Source of the DNA: Mycobacterium tuberculosis H37Rv
GTDB taxonomy: Bacteria; Actinomycetota; Actinomycetes; Mycobacteriales; Mycobacteriaceae
Assembly: GCF_000195955.2 (NCBI RefSeq)
Contig: NC_000962.3
Coordinates: 4,080,001 to 4,112,000 of the forward strand
Length of the DNA stretch: 32,000 nt
Direction of reading: 5' to 3'
Shown here one piece after another: positions 8,261 to 15,539 of this stretch. A program made the translations under genes and the position numbers. The notes beneath the pieces are model-generated. The model worked only from the letters and a program-made list of their open reading frames with translations, was not told where the DNA came from and did not search any database. Within the stretch, counting starts at the first letter, position 1. Each line of letters starts with the position of its first letter.

Positions 8261-8316
8261 GAGCAGACGTAAAGCCCCCAAAACGGAACCGTTTTGGGGG
8301 CTTTTTGCGTCTGCTC
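8261..8316 (-). terminator. Long intrinsic terminator hairpin downstream of cspA (symmetrical, potentially bidirectional)
   Basis: GAGCAGACG-t-AAAGCCCCCAAAACGG-aa-CCGTTTTGGGGGCTTT-ttg-CGTCTGCTC. This is a 16-bp inner stem plus a 9-bp outer stem. T/A runs flank the inner stem on both strands. It starts 12 nt after the cspA stop. Confidence 0.65.
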
Positions 8317-8327
8317 GCGGGGGTAAC

Positions 8328-8531
8328 TCAGAGCGAGCGGACTCCGGTGGCCTGGGGGCCCTTAGGGCTGTGGCCGATCTCGAACTCGACCTTCTGGTTT
8401 TCTTCAAGGGTGCGGAAGCCCGTTCCCTGGATCTCCGTGTAGTGGACAAATACATCCGCGGAACCGTCTTCGGGGGCGATAAAGCCGAACCCCTTCTCCG
8501 CGTTGAACCACTTCACAGTTCCCTGTGGCAT
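8328..8531 (-). CDS. cspA: Cold-shock protein A (CSD, 67 aa)
   Basis: [67 protein letters not shown] carries RNP1 (KGFGFI) and RNP2 (VFVHY). The ATG is at 8531-8529, preceded by AAGGAAAG. The longer 130-aa track ORF is a 5' over-extension. Confidence 0.95.
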
Positions 8532-8780
8532 TTCTCGATCTTTCCTTTTCTTCTGGGTGCGGTGCACCGCCTTTCGGTGCCCCGGGCCAGCTGCGGCCGC
8601 CATACCTCGCCGAGTCGCCGGAACTTCACCCGACCGATAACCTCGCAGGAACCGCGGCCGCAACGTCGATCCTGCGAAAGTTTGACACGAACACAGAAGC
8701 TGCGACCGCCAATCAGTCAATCATGTTCATCGCGTCGGCAACAGCCTCTGGGTGTGGACGGAGCTACGAAGGGTCCGCAA

Positions 8781-11096
8781 ATGGCGAGTTTCGGCAGCCA
8801 CCTGCTGGCCGCAGCGGTCGCCGGGACCCCGCCGGGCGAGCGTCCGCTGCGCCACGTCGCCGAGCTGCCACCGCAGGCCGGCCGGCCGCGCGGTTGGCCG
8901 GAGTGGGCCGAGCCCGACGTGGTGGATGCGTTTGCCGACCGCGGCATCAGCTCGCCGTGGTCACACCAGGCTGAGGCCGCCGAGTTGGCGTACGCCGGCC
9001 GCCACGTGGTGATAGGCACCGGCCCGGCGTCTGGAAAGTCGTTGGCCTATCAACTTCTCGTGCTCAACGCGCTGGCAACCGACTCCCGGGCGCGTGCGCT
9101 GTATCTGTCGCCGACGAAGGCGCTCGGCCACGACCAGTTGCGCGCCGCACATGCGCTGGCGGCCGCGGTGCCACGGCTGGCTGACGTCGCGCCGACGGCC
9201 TATGACGGCGACAGTCCCGACGAGGTGCGCCGCTTTGCCCGCGAGCGCTCCCGGTGGCTGTTCTCCAACCCGGAGATGACACACCTATCGGTGCTTCGAA
9301 ACCATGCGCGCTGGGCTGTGCTGTTGCGGAATCTCCGCTTTGTGATCGTCGACGAATGCCATTACTACCGTGGTGTTTTCGGCTCGAATGTGGCGATGGT
9401 ACTGCGCCGTTTACTACGGCTGTGCGCGCGCTACTCTGCGCACCCGACGGTGATCTTCGCCAGCGCGACAACGGCCTCGCCGGGCGCGACGGCTGCCGAC
9501 CTGATCGGCCAGCCGGTCGTGGAGGTCACCGAGGACGGCTCACCCCGGGGGGCTCGCACGGTGGCATTGTGGGAGCCCGCGCTGCGGTCGGATGTGATCG
9601 GCGAGCACGGCGCCCCGGTGCGACGCTCCGCCGGTGCCGAGGCGGCCCGGGTGATGGCCGACCTGATCGTCGAGGGAGCGCAGACCTTGACGTTCGTCCG
9701 ATCGCGGCGCGCGGCGGAACTGACTGCACTGGGTGCCCGGGCGCGACTGGTCGACATTGCCCCGGAACTGTCGGACACGGTGGCGTCGTATCGGGCCGGT
9801 TATCTTGCCGAGGACCGTAGCGCGCTGCACCAGGCCCTGGCCGAGGGCCAGCTGCGCGGGCTGGCTACCACCAACGCTTTGGAGTTGGGCGTTGATATCG
9901 CCGGACTGGATGCGGTGGTGCTGGCTGGTTTTCCCGGGACGGTGGCCTCGTTCTGGCAGCAGGCGGGCCGGTCGGGCCGGCGCGGCCAGGGCGCGCTGGT
10001 GGTGTTGATTGCCCGTGACGATCCGCTGGACACGTATTTGGTCCACCATCCCGCAGCATTGTTGGACAAACCGGTCGAGCGCGTGGTGATCGATCCGGTT
10101 AACCCGCACCTGCTGGGTCCCCAATTGCTTTGTGCAGCAACAGAACTGCCTTTAGACGACGCCGAGGTCCGGTCCTGGGGCGCCGTTGAGGTGGCGGAGA
10201 GTCTGGTTGACGACGGGCTGTTGCGGCGCCGGAACGGCAGGTACTTTCCGGCGCCCGGGGTGAAACCGCATGCCGCCGTGGATGTCCGGGGGGCTATCGG
10301 TGGCCAGATCGTCATCGTGGAGGCCGGAACCGGGCGGCTCTTGGGCAGCGTGGGCGTCGGTCAGGCCCCGGCCGCAGCGCACCCAGGCGCGGTGTACCTG
10401 CACCAGGGCGAGACCTACGTCGTTGACTCGCTGGATTTCCAGGACGGAATCGCCTTCGTGCACGCCGAGGATCCCGGCTATGCCACGTTCGCGCGAGAGG
10501 TCACCGACATCGCGGTCACCGGCACCGGCGAGCGGTTGGTCTTCGGGCCCGTTGCTTTGGGTTTGGTGCCGGTGACTGTCACCAATCACGTCGTCGGCTA
10601 CCTGCGCCGCCAGCTGTCCGGGGAGGTGCTGGACTTCGTGGAGCTGGACATGCCGGAACACACCTTGCCCACAACCGCGGTCATGTACACAATCACTTCG
10701 GATGCATTGGTCCGCAGCGGTATTGAGGCCACACGGATTCCCGGGTCGTTGCACGCCGCCGAACACGCGGCCATCGGGCTGCTGCCGCTGGTGGCCAGCT
10801 GCGACCGCGGCGATATCGGCGGCATGTCCACAGCGACCGGGCCCGAGGGGCTGCCCAGTGTCTTTGTCTACGACGGCTATCCGGGTGGAGCCGGATTCGC
10901 CGAACGCGGCTTTCGCCGGGCCCGCACCTGGCTGGGCGCCACCGCGGAGGCCATCGAAGCCTGCGAATGCCCCAGTGGGTGTCCATCGTGTGTGCAATCC
11001 CCCAAGTGCGGCAATGGCAACGACCCGTTAGACAAGGCGGGCGCGGTGCGGGTGCTGCGGCTGGTGCTCGCCGAGTTAAGTGAGGAATCACCGTGA
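8781..11096 (+). CDS. DECH-box superfamily-2 helicase with C-terminal 4-Cys (DUF1998/MrfA-like) domain
   Basis: Start ATG 8781 (MASFGSHLL...), 771 aa. Motif I GTGPASGKS, Ia LSPTKALGHDQ, II VIVDECHYYRG, III ASAT, VI QQAGRSGRRG. The C-terminal metal cluster is CECPSGCPSCVQSPKCGNGNDPLDK. The track ORF start at 8256 runs antisense through cspA and is rejected. Confidence 0.9.
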   Translation: MASFGSHLLAAAVAGTPPGERPLRHVAELPPQAGRPRGWPEWAEPDVVDAFADRGISSPWSHQAEAAELAYAGRHVVIGTGPASGKSLAYQLLVLNALATDSRARALYLSPTKALGHDQLRAAHALAAAVPRLADVAPTAYDGDSPDEVRRFARERSRWLFSNPEMTHLSVLRNHARWAVLLRNLRFVIVDECHYYRGVFGSNVAMVLRRLLRLCARYSAHPTVIFASATTASPGATAADLIGQPVVEVTEDGSPRGARTVALWEPALRSDVIGEHGAPVRRSAGAEAARVMADLIVEGAQTLTFVRSRRAAELTALGARARLVDIAPELSDTVASYRAGYLAEDRSALHQALAEGQLRGLATTNALELGVDIAGLDAVVLAGFPGTVASFWQQAGRSGRRGQGALVVLIARDDPLDTYLVHHPAALLDKPVERVVIDPVNPHLLGPQLLCAATELPLDDAEVRSWGAVEVAESLVDDGLLRRRNGRYFPAPGVKPHAAVDVRGAIGGQIVIVEAGTGRLLGSVGVGQAPAAAHPGAVYLHQGETYVVDSLDFQDGIAFVHAEDPGYATFAREVTDIAVTGTGERLVFGPVALGLVPVTVTNHVVGYLRRQLSGEVLDFVELDMPEHTLPTTAVMYTITSDALVRSGIEATRIPGSLHAAEHAAIGLLPLVASCDRGDIGGMSTATGPEGLPSVFVYDGYPGGAGFAERGFRRARTWLGATAEAIEACECPSGCPSCVQSPKCGNGNDPLDKAGAVRVLRLVLAELSEESP

Positions 11097-11232
11097 GCAG
11101 CCCAGCGTTCCGGCGTTGTCGGGCAAAGCGGGGTCGTCGTCTTAGCCGATGTGATGCACTTGACATCAGTGTCTTCGGCCTATCACGTAGTGGTCGTGGG
11201 CGCCGGCCGAAGATCCGGGCGGGAGGTGACAC

Positions 11233-11517
11233 GTGTCGTTTGTGATCGCGGCGCCGGAGGCGTTGGACTCGGCAGCAACGGACCTCGTGGTCCTGGGCTC
11301 GACGTTAGGCGCGGCCACTGCGGCCGCGGCGGCCCAGACGACGGGTATCGTGGCCGCGGCCCACGACGAGGTGTCGGCGGCGATCGCAGCCCTGTTTTCC
11401 GCCCACGGCCAGGCCTATCAGGCCGCCAGCGCGCAGGCCGCGGCGTTTCACACCCGGTTCATCCGTGCGCGCTCCCGACATCCGCAGCAGGAAACGACCT
11501 GTCGCCGTGTGCGATAG
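11233..11517 (+). CDS. PE33: PE-family protein, truncated (PE domain diverges after FHTRF)
   Basis: GTG start preceded by [82 protein letters not shown] is a canonical PE N-terminus. The tail [18 protein letters not shown] is non-PE. Confidence 0.85.
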   Translation: MSFVIAAPEALDSAATDLVVLGSTLGAATAAAAAQTTGIVAAAHDEVSAAIAALFSAHGQAYQAASAQAAAFHTRFIRARSRHPQQETTCRRVR

Positions 11518-11828
11518 GCAAATCACCAGGCAACACGCCGGCAGCTCCGGTAAGGCCAACATCGACCACCTACCCAGGGCATTCCCATGCACGTCACCGC
11601 CGCATAGCAAGTTGCGGATGCTGAGTGGTCCGCTACCACCCGGTATGGCAACGCCGGTGGTCATGGCACCACCTCGGGTCTGATCTGCCTCGGAGGCCGG
11701 CCGCTGGCACGAAGGCAACGACGGTTCGGGCGGGTTGGCCTAGCGATACCACACGCATGCGCTGTCCTGCAAGGGAATTCCCTCGGCGACCACCGGTACC
11801 CCACCGAGTCAACGGCGCACCGCGTCCG

Positions 11829-11834
11829 TAGACT
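11829..11834 (+). promoter_or_regulatory. -10 hexamer TAGACT, 6 nt upstream of the ATG at 11841 (leaderless candidate)
   Basis: cgTAGACTgctcgcATGacc. It matches TANNNT, and there is no Shine-Dalgarno sequence between it and the ATG. Confidence 0.4.
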
Positions 11835-11840
11835 GCTCGC

Positions 11841-12878
11841 ATGACCCACGACTGGCTGCTCGTGGAGACGCTGGGGGACGAACCGGCCGTGGTAGCACGG
11901 GGGCGTGAGCTGAAGAAGCTCGTCCCGATCACCACGTTCCTGCGTCGCAGTCCCTATTTGGCGGCGGTCCGCACAGCTATCGCCGAGACGCTGCAGACCG
12001 GCCAAAGCCTGACCAGCATCACTCCCAAGCACGATCGCGTCATCCGCACCGAACCTGTAATAATGACCGACGGCCGCATGCACGGCGTGCAGGTGTGGAG
12101 TGGCCCCACAGACGCCGAACCGCCCGACCGGCCGATCCCAGGCCCGCTGAAGTGGGACCTGACCCGTGGTGTGGCCACCGACACCCCGGAGTCACTGACC
12201 AACAGCGGCAAGAATCCCGAGGTCGAGATCACCTACGGCCGAGCCTTCGCCGAAGACCTGCCGGCGCGCGAGCTCAATCCGAACGAAACCCAGGTGCTTG
12301 CCATGGCAGTTAAAGCCAAGCCCGGCAAAACACTATGCAGCATTTGGGATCTCACTGATTGGCAAGGAACACCCATCCGGATCGGCTTCGTGGCGCGAAG
12401 CGCTCTGGAGCCGGGACCAAACGGCCGCGATCACCTGGTCGCCCGGGCAATGAATTGGCGTGCTGAGACCAAGGCCCCTGCAGTGCCCGTCGACGACTTG
12501 GCTCAGCGGATCCTTATCGGACTGGCGCAGGCCGGAGTCCACCGGGCACTGGTCGATCTCAAAACCTGGACCCTGCTGAAATGGCTCGACCAACCCTGCT
12601 CTTTCTACGACTGGCGGCGTAGCGCGGCCGATGGGCCTCGTCTACATCCCGACGACCAGCACGTGATCGACGCCATGACAAGAGACCTCGCCAACGGATC
12701 GGCCAGTCATGTGCTGCGCTTGCCTGGGCACGACGTCGATTGGGTGCCGGTCCATGTCACCGTCAACCGGATAGAGCTCGAACCGGATACCTTCGCTGGA
12801 CTGGTCGCTCTGCGACTGCCCACCGACGAAGAACTTGCCGACGCCGGACTGCCGAAAGCCACCGACGTCACCACCTGA
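11841..12878 (+). CDS. Conserved hypothetical protein (345 aa), apparently three similar modules
   Basis: Track ORF with no catalytic motif recognised. By eye, three segments share a pattern: ...RTEPVIMTDGRMHGVQVW / ...CSIWDLTDWQGTPIRIGFVARSALEPGP / ...HVLRLPGHDVDWVPVHVTVNRIELEPDT. Confidence 0.7.
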   Translation: MTHDWLLVETLGDEPAVVARGRELKKLVPITTFLRRSPYLAAVRTAIAETLQTGQSLTSITPKHDRVIRTEPVIMTDGRMHGVQVWSGPTDAEPPDRPIPGPLKWDLTRGVATDTPESLTNSGKNPEVEITYGRAFAEDLPARELNPNETQVLAMAVKAKPGKTLCSIWDLTDWQGTPIRIGFVARSALEPGPNGRDHLVARAMNWRAETKAPAVPVDDLAQRILIGLAQAGVHRALVDLKTWTLLKWLDQPCSFYDWRRSAADGPRLHPDDQHVIDAMTRDLANGSASHVLRLPGHDVDWVPVHVTVNRIELEPDTFAGLVALRLPTDEELADAGLPKATDVTT

Positions 12879-13020
12879 CAACCAGTCCTTTCGACTCAGC
12901 AACGGCAGCTGCCGATCCGCGGCTACCGTTGCTTGTCGTGAACGGTTTGACGGTGATCCGGACTGCGCGCTCGCTGAGCGGCCTACGCCCACGCTGTCGG
13001 TCAGATTGCGTCGATGAATC

Positions 13021-13400
13021 CTATGCGCTCTGAACTGAACTGGGCTGAATGCGCGAGCCGCCGACGTAGGGAATCGGCAACGCCCGTCGGACGACCCCGC
13101 CGATCTCGTCGTCGACATCCAGTGGCGCCGGCATCAGCAGGGTGGTGACGATTGCCCGTTCAGACAGTCGCCGCAAGGCCCCGGGCCTGCTAGGAGGTCG
13201 GGTTCCCCGGGACGTCGACCACACCCTGGTCGCAATGTCCAACGTAAGCAACAGGTTTGAGTATGAGGTGCCGGTAGCGAGGATGAATTCGCCAGTCCTG
13301 GTACACGCGCACGGACATCGCAGGTGCCGCGATGCGGCCGGCCTCTGGCCACCGCCGAATCGGCGTAGCCGTCGGGCACTTTCAAGATCGGGTCAGCGCG
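13021..13400 (-). pseudogene. Decayed relic of TadE-like gene(s), paralogous to the 14923..15300 gene and possibly to 14660..14983
   Basis: After removing one base (the extra base after TCGCC near 13294), the minus-strand hand translation reads [39 protein letters not shown]. The intact gene reads SIAPRAALVQVHRDGEFVVATVTAHSNLLPTLDIAARA. Further 5', [11 protein letters not shown] matches GDVRSATDVARS in another frame. The 76-aa track ORF 13021..13251 tail (LDVDDEIGGVVRRALPIPYVGG) weakly resembles the C-terminus of 14660..14983 (VDLDVVVTVEVAVAFAGV). Confidence 0.5.
13232..13262. repeat. Left copy of a 31-bp direct repeat (30/31 identical to 15035..15065)
   Basis: GCAATGTCCAACGTAAGCAACAGGTTTGAGT compared with GCAATGTCCAACGTAGGCAACAGGTTTGAGT. 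Weaker similarity (roughly two-thirds identity by hand alignment, with one 1-nt indel) continues about 45 bp to the right of both copies. Confidence 0.9.
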
Positions 13401-13631
13401 CCTGATGCGCACCGGGCCGCCACCTCAGCGCCATGGTGTTTCGGACATCCTCCAATCGCCGCCGATCCCCGAGGAACACCAGGTCGCCCGCGTGCGGGCG
13501 AAAGGCAGCGAGGACTTTTGGGAAACCCACGCACATGCTTCCCGGATAGCGATAAGCTGCGCTCCAGCAGATTGTCCGCCGGTGACCGGGCGGCCCTTCG
13601 ATCGGCATCGCGCGGTGGTCGGAGGTGTCCG

Positions 13632-13946
13632 ATGTCATATGTGATCGCGGCGCCGGAGGCGCTGGTGGCGGCGGCCACGGATTTGGCTACTCTCGGCTCG
13701 ACGATCGGCGCCGCCAACGCGGCCGCTGCGGGCTCGACAACGGCGTTGCTGACCGCCGGCGCCGACGAAGTGTCGGCGGCGATAGCGGCCTATTCGGAAT
13801 GCACGGCCAGACCTATCAGGCACTCAGTGCGCGGGCGGCGGCGTTCCATGAGCGGTTCGTGCAGGCCTTGGCCACAGGTGGGGGCGCCTATGCGGCCGCC
13901 GAGGCCGCCAGCGTCTCGCCGCTGCAGAGCGCGCTCGATTTGCTGA
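13632..13946 (+). CDS. PE_PGRS60: PE_PGRS N-terminal fragment (PE domain, out of frame after ~13792)
   Basis: ATG 13632 preceded by [58 protein letters not shown] is followed by the non-PE text [11 protein letters not shown]... The authentic continuation [27 protein letters not shown] lies in the frame that also carries 13940..14527. Confidence 0.8.
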   Translation: MSYVIAAPEALVAAATDLATLGSTIGAANAAAAGSTTALLTAGADEVSAAIAAYSECTARPIRHSVRGRRRSMSGSCRPWPQVGAPMRPPRPPASRRCRARSIC

Positions 13947-14527
13947 ATGCGCCCACTCAGGCGCTGTTGGGGCGTCCGTTGGTGGGCAATGGCGCCAATG
14001 GGGCCCCGGGGACTGGGGCAAACGGCGGCGATGGCGGGATTTTGTTCGGGTCCGGGGGGGCCGGCGGGTCCGGAGCGGCCGGCATGGCGGGTGGCAACGG
14101 CGGGGCCGCCGGGCTGTTCGGCAACGGCGGAGCCGGCGGAGCCGGCGGCAGCGCGACGGCCGGTGCGGCCGGGGCGGGCGGGAACGGCGGGGCCGGCGGG
14201 CTGCTGTTCGGTACCGCCGGGGCCGGCGGCAACGGCGGGTTAAGCCTCGGTTTGGGCGTCGCCGGCGGCGCCGGCGGCGCCGGCGGGTCGGGCGGTAGTG
14301 ACACCGCCGGACACGGGGGGACCGGTGGTGCCGGCGGCCTGCTATTCGGCGCCGGCGAGGACGGCACAACGCCCGGTGGCAACGGTGGGGCGGGCGGTGT
14401 CGCCGGGCTGTTCGGCGACGGCGGCAACGGTGGTAACGCCGGAGTTGGCACGCCCGCGGGCAACGTCGGCGCCGGCGGCACCGGCGGCCTGCTGCTCGGC
14501 CAGGACGGCATGACCGGGTTGACGTAG
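13940..14527 (+). CDS. PE_PGRS61: PE_PGRS C-terminal (Gly-Ala/Gly-Asn repeat) fragment
   Basis: This frame is open from 13625. It reads PE-like from ~13793 ([10 protein letters not shown]...) and then [50 protein letters not shown]..., which are typical PGRS GGAGG/GGNGG repeats. TTG 13940 is the first plausible independent start. Confidence 0.75.
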   Translation: MLNAPTQALLGRPLVGNGANGAPGTGANGGDGGILFGSGGAGGSGAAGMAGGNGGAAGLFGNGGAGGAGGSATAGAAGAGGNGGAGGLLFGTAGAGGNGGLSLGLGVAGGAGGAGGSGGSDTAGHGGTGGAGGLLFGAGEDGTTPGGNGGAGGVAGLFGDGGNGGNAGVGTPAGNVGAGGTGGLLLGQDGMTGLT

Positions 14528-14611
14528 CCGCGTGGCGGGGCCGCGCCTTGCTTCCGGGACTACCACCCGCAGGTCGCTGGCCGTAGTTGGTTCTCCCCGC
14601 TAGCCCACCAC

Positions 14612-14646
14612 TAGCTTCGCTTGCCGATAGCTTCGCTTGCCGATAG
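14612..14646. repeat. 16-bp perfect tandem duplication (TAGCTTCGCTTGCCGA x2, then TAG)
   Basis: Read directly from the sequence at 14612-14627 and 14628-14643. It lies in the convergent gap between PE_PGRS61 and the last tad gene. Confidence 0.9.
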
Positions 14647-14659
14647 AACTAGATCGTCG

Positions 14660-14983
14660 TCAACCCGGTGTCGTGGGCACCTTGGCCGGCCCCGCCCGCG
14701 CGGTGGCGGTCGCCACACCCGCGAACGCGACAGCCACCTCGACGGTGACGACCACGTCGAGGTCCACCACCCTGCACTGCGCGTGCTCGACGCGCATCGC
14801 ACGGGCCACCAGCGTCGCACGCGCGCAGGCCGCCGCCAGTCCGGACGGCAGCCGGGCGGCAGCGGCTAACGAAGCCAGATCAGCCGCCGCCTGTGCGCGG
14901 TGACGAGCCACCACCGCCGACCCTAGATATGCACCCGCACCGGTGACGCACAGCAGCACCGCGACCATCGCGACGGCAAGCAC
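14660..14983 (-). CDS. TadE-like pseudopilin-type small hydrophobic protein
   Basis: Track ORF of 107 aa from GTG 14983: MLAVAMVAVLLCVTGAGAYLGSAVVARHRAQAAADL... It has one N-terminal TM helix. The in-frame upstream codons read DRGSAT, a TadE-family junction. A shorter start (GTG 14914) would remove the TM helix, so I prefer 14983. It overlaps the upstream gene by 61 nt. Confidence 0.7.
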   Translation of the reverse strand: MLAVAMVAVLLCVTGAGAYLGSAVVARHRAQAAADLASLAAAARLPSGLAAACARATLVARAMRVEHAQCRVVDLDVVVTVEVAVAFAGVATATARAGPAKVPTTPG

Positions 14984-15300
14984 GGTGGCCGAGCCGCGGT
15001 CGACCCCGGCTCGGCCACCGAAATTGCCCTAGCAGCAATGTCCAACGTAGGCAACAGGTTTGAGTGTGCTGTGACAGTGGCGACCACAAACTCGCCGTCC
15101 CGGTGCACCTGGACCAGCGCCGCACGCGGGGCGATGCTGCGGGCGACGTCGGTCGCCGAGCGTACGTCACCGCGCGCGGCCAATCGAGCGGCCTCGCGGG
15201 CCGCGTCGATACAGCGCACCTGCATTGATACCGCGGTGACGCCCGCCAGGCACAGCACCAGCACCAGCACCAGGGTGGCGATCGCCAACGCCGCTTCCAC
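14923..15300 (-). CDS. TadE-like pseudopilin-type protein
   Basis: From GTG 15300 the protein reads M-EAALAIATLVLVLVLCLAGVTAVSMQVRCIDAAREAARLAARGD... The upstream in-frame codons read AGAST, so the junction is G-A-S-T-V-E-A-A-L, a TadE/Flp-like GxxxVE motif. The longer 206-aa track ORF overlaps the flp gene out of frame and has no start between the flp stop and 15300. Confidence 0.7.
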   Translation of the reverse strand: MEAALAIATLVLVLVLCLAGVTAVSMQVRCIDAAREAARLAARGDVRSATDVARSIAPRAALVQVHRDGEFVVATVTAHSNLLPTLDIAARAISVAEPGSTAARPPCLPSRWSRCCCASPVRVHI

Positions 15301-15323
15301 GGTGCTCGCACCCGCACACGACG

Positions 15324-15530
15324 CTAAACCTTGGTGCTGAGCGCGCGACCGATGATGCGGTTGAGCGCCGACACAATGGAATCCCCGGTGACGACCGTGT
15401 AGAGGATCGCACCGAAGGCAGCCGCCGCGATGGTACCGATGGCGTATTCCACGGTGGACATGCCCGACTCGTCGACCGCCAGCGCCGTCATCCGCGCCAC
15501 GAGTACACGAAACATGGTGATCACCAACAT
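15324..15530 (-). CDS. Flp-family type IVb prepilin (68 aa)
   Basis: MLVITMFRVLVARMTALAVDESGMSTVEYAIGTIAAAAFGAILYTVV... has the Flp processing motif G/xxxxEY (G-MSTVEY) followed by a hydrophobic stretch. Confidence 0.8.
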   Translation of the reverse strand: MLVITMFRVLVARMTALAVDESGMSTVEYAIGTIAAAAFGAILYTVVTGDSIVSALNRIIGRALSTKV

Positions 15531-15539
15531 ATTCCTTTC

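Noticed and set aside
8256-8780. 175-codon N-terminal extension of the helicase ORF
   Set aside because: It runs antisense through cspA and its terminator. Helicase similarity starts at ATG 8781, which has its own purine-rich upstream region.
10152-10997. 281-aa minus-strand ORF inside the helicase gene
   Set aside because: It is antisense to a motif-rich helicase frame and has no family resemblance.
11160-11188. Perfect -35-like TTGACA upstream of PE33
   Set aside because: No acceptable TANNNT hexamer lies at 16-19 nt spacing (only TATCAC or TCACGT), so I do not call a promoter from it.
12900-12935. Imperfect hairpin AGCAACGG...CCGTTGCT after the 345-aa gene, considered as a terminator
   Set aside because: It has a 20-nt loop and no T tail, so it is too weak to call without 3'-end data.
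13824-14511. Long minus-strand Arg/Pro-rich ORFs (181 and 184 aa) across the PGRS region
   Set aside because: They are reverse-frame products of GGC/GCC repeat DNA. The + frame gives canonical PGRS Gly-Ala-Asn repeats contiguous with a PE domain.
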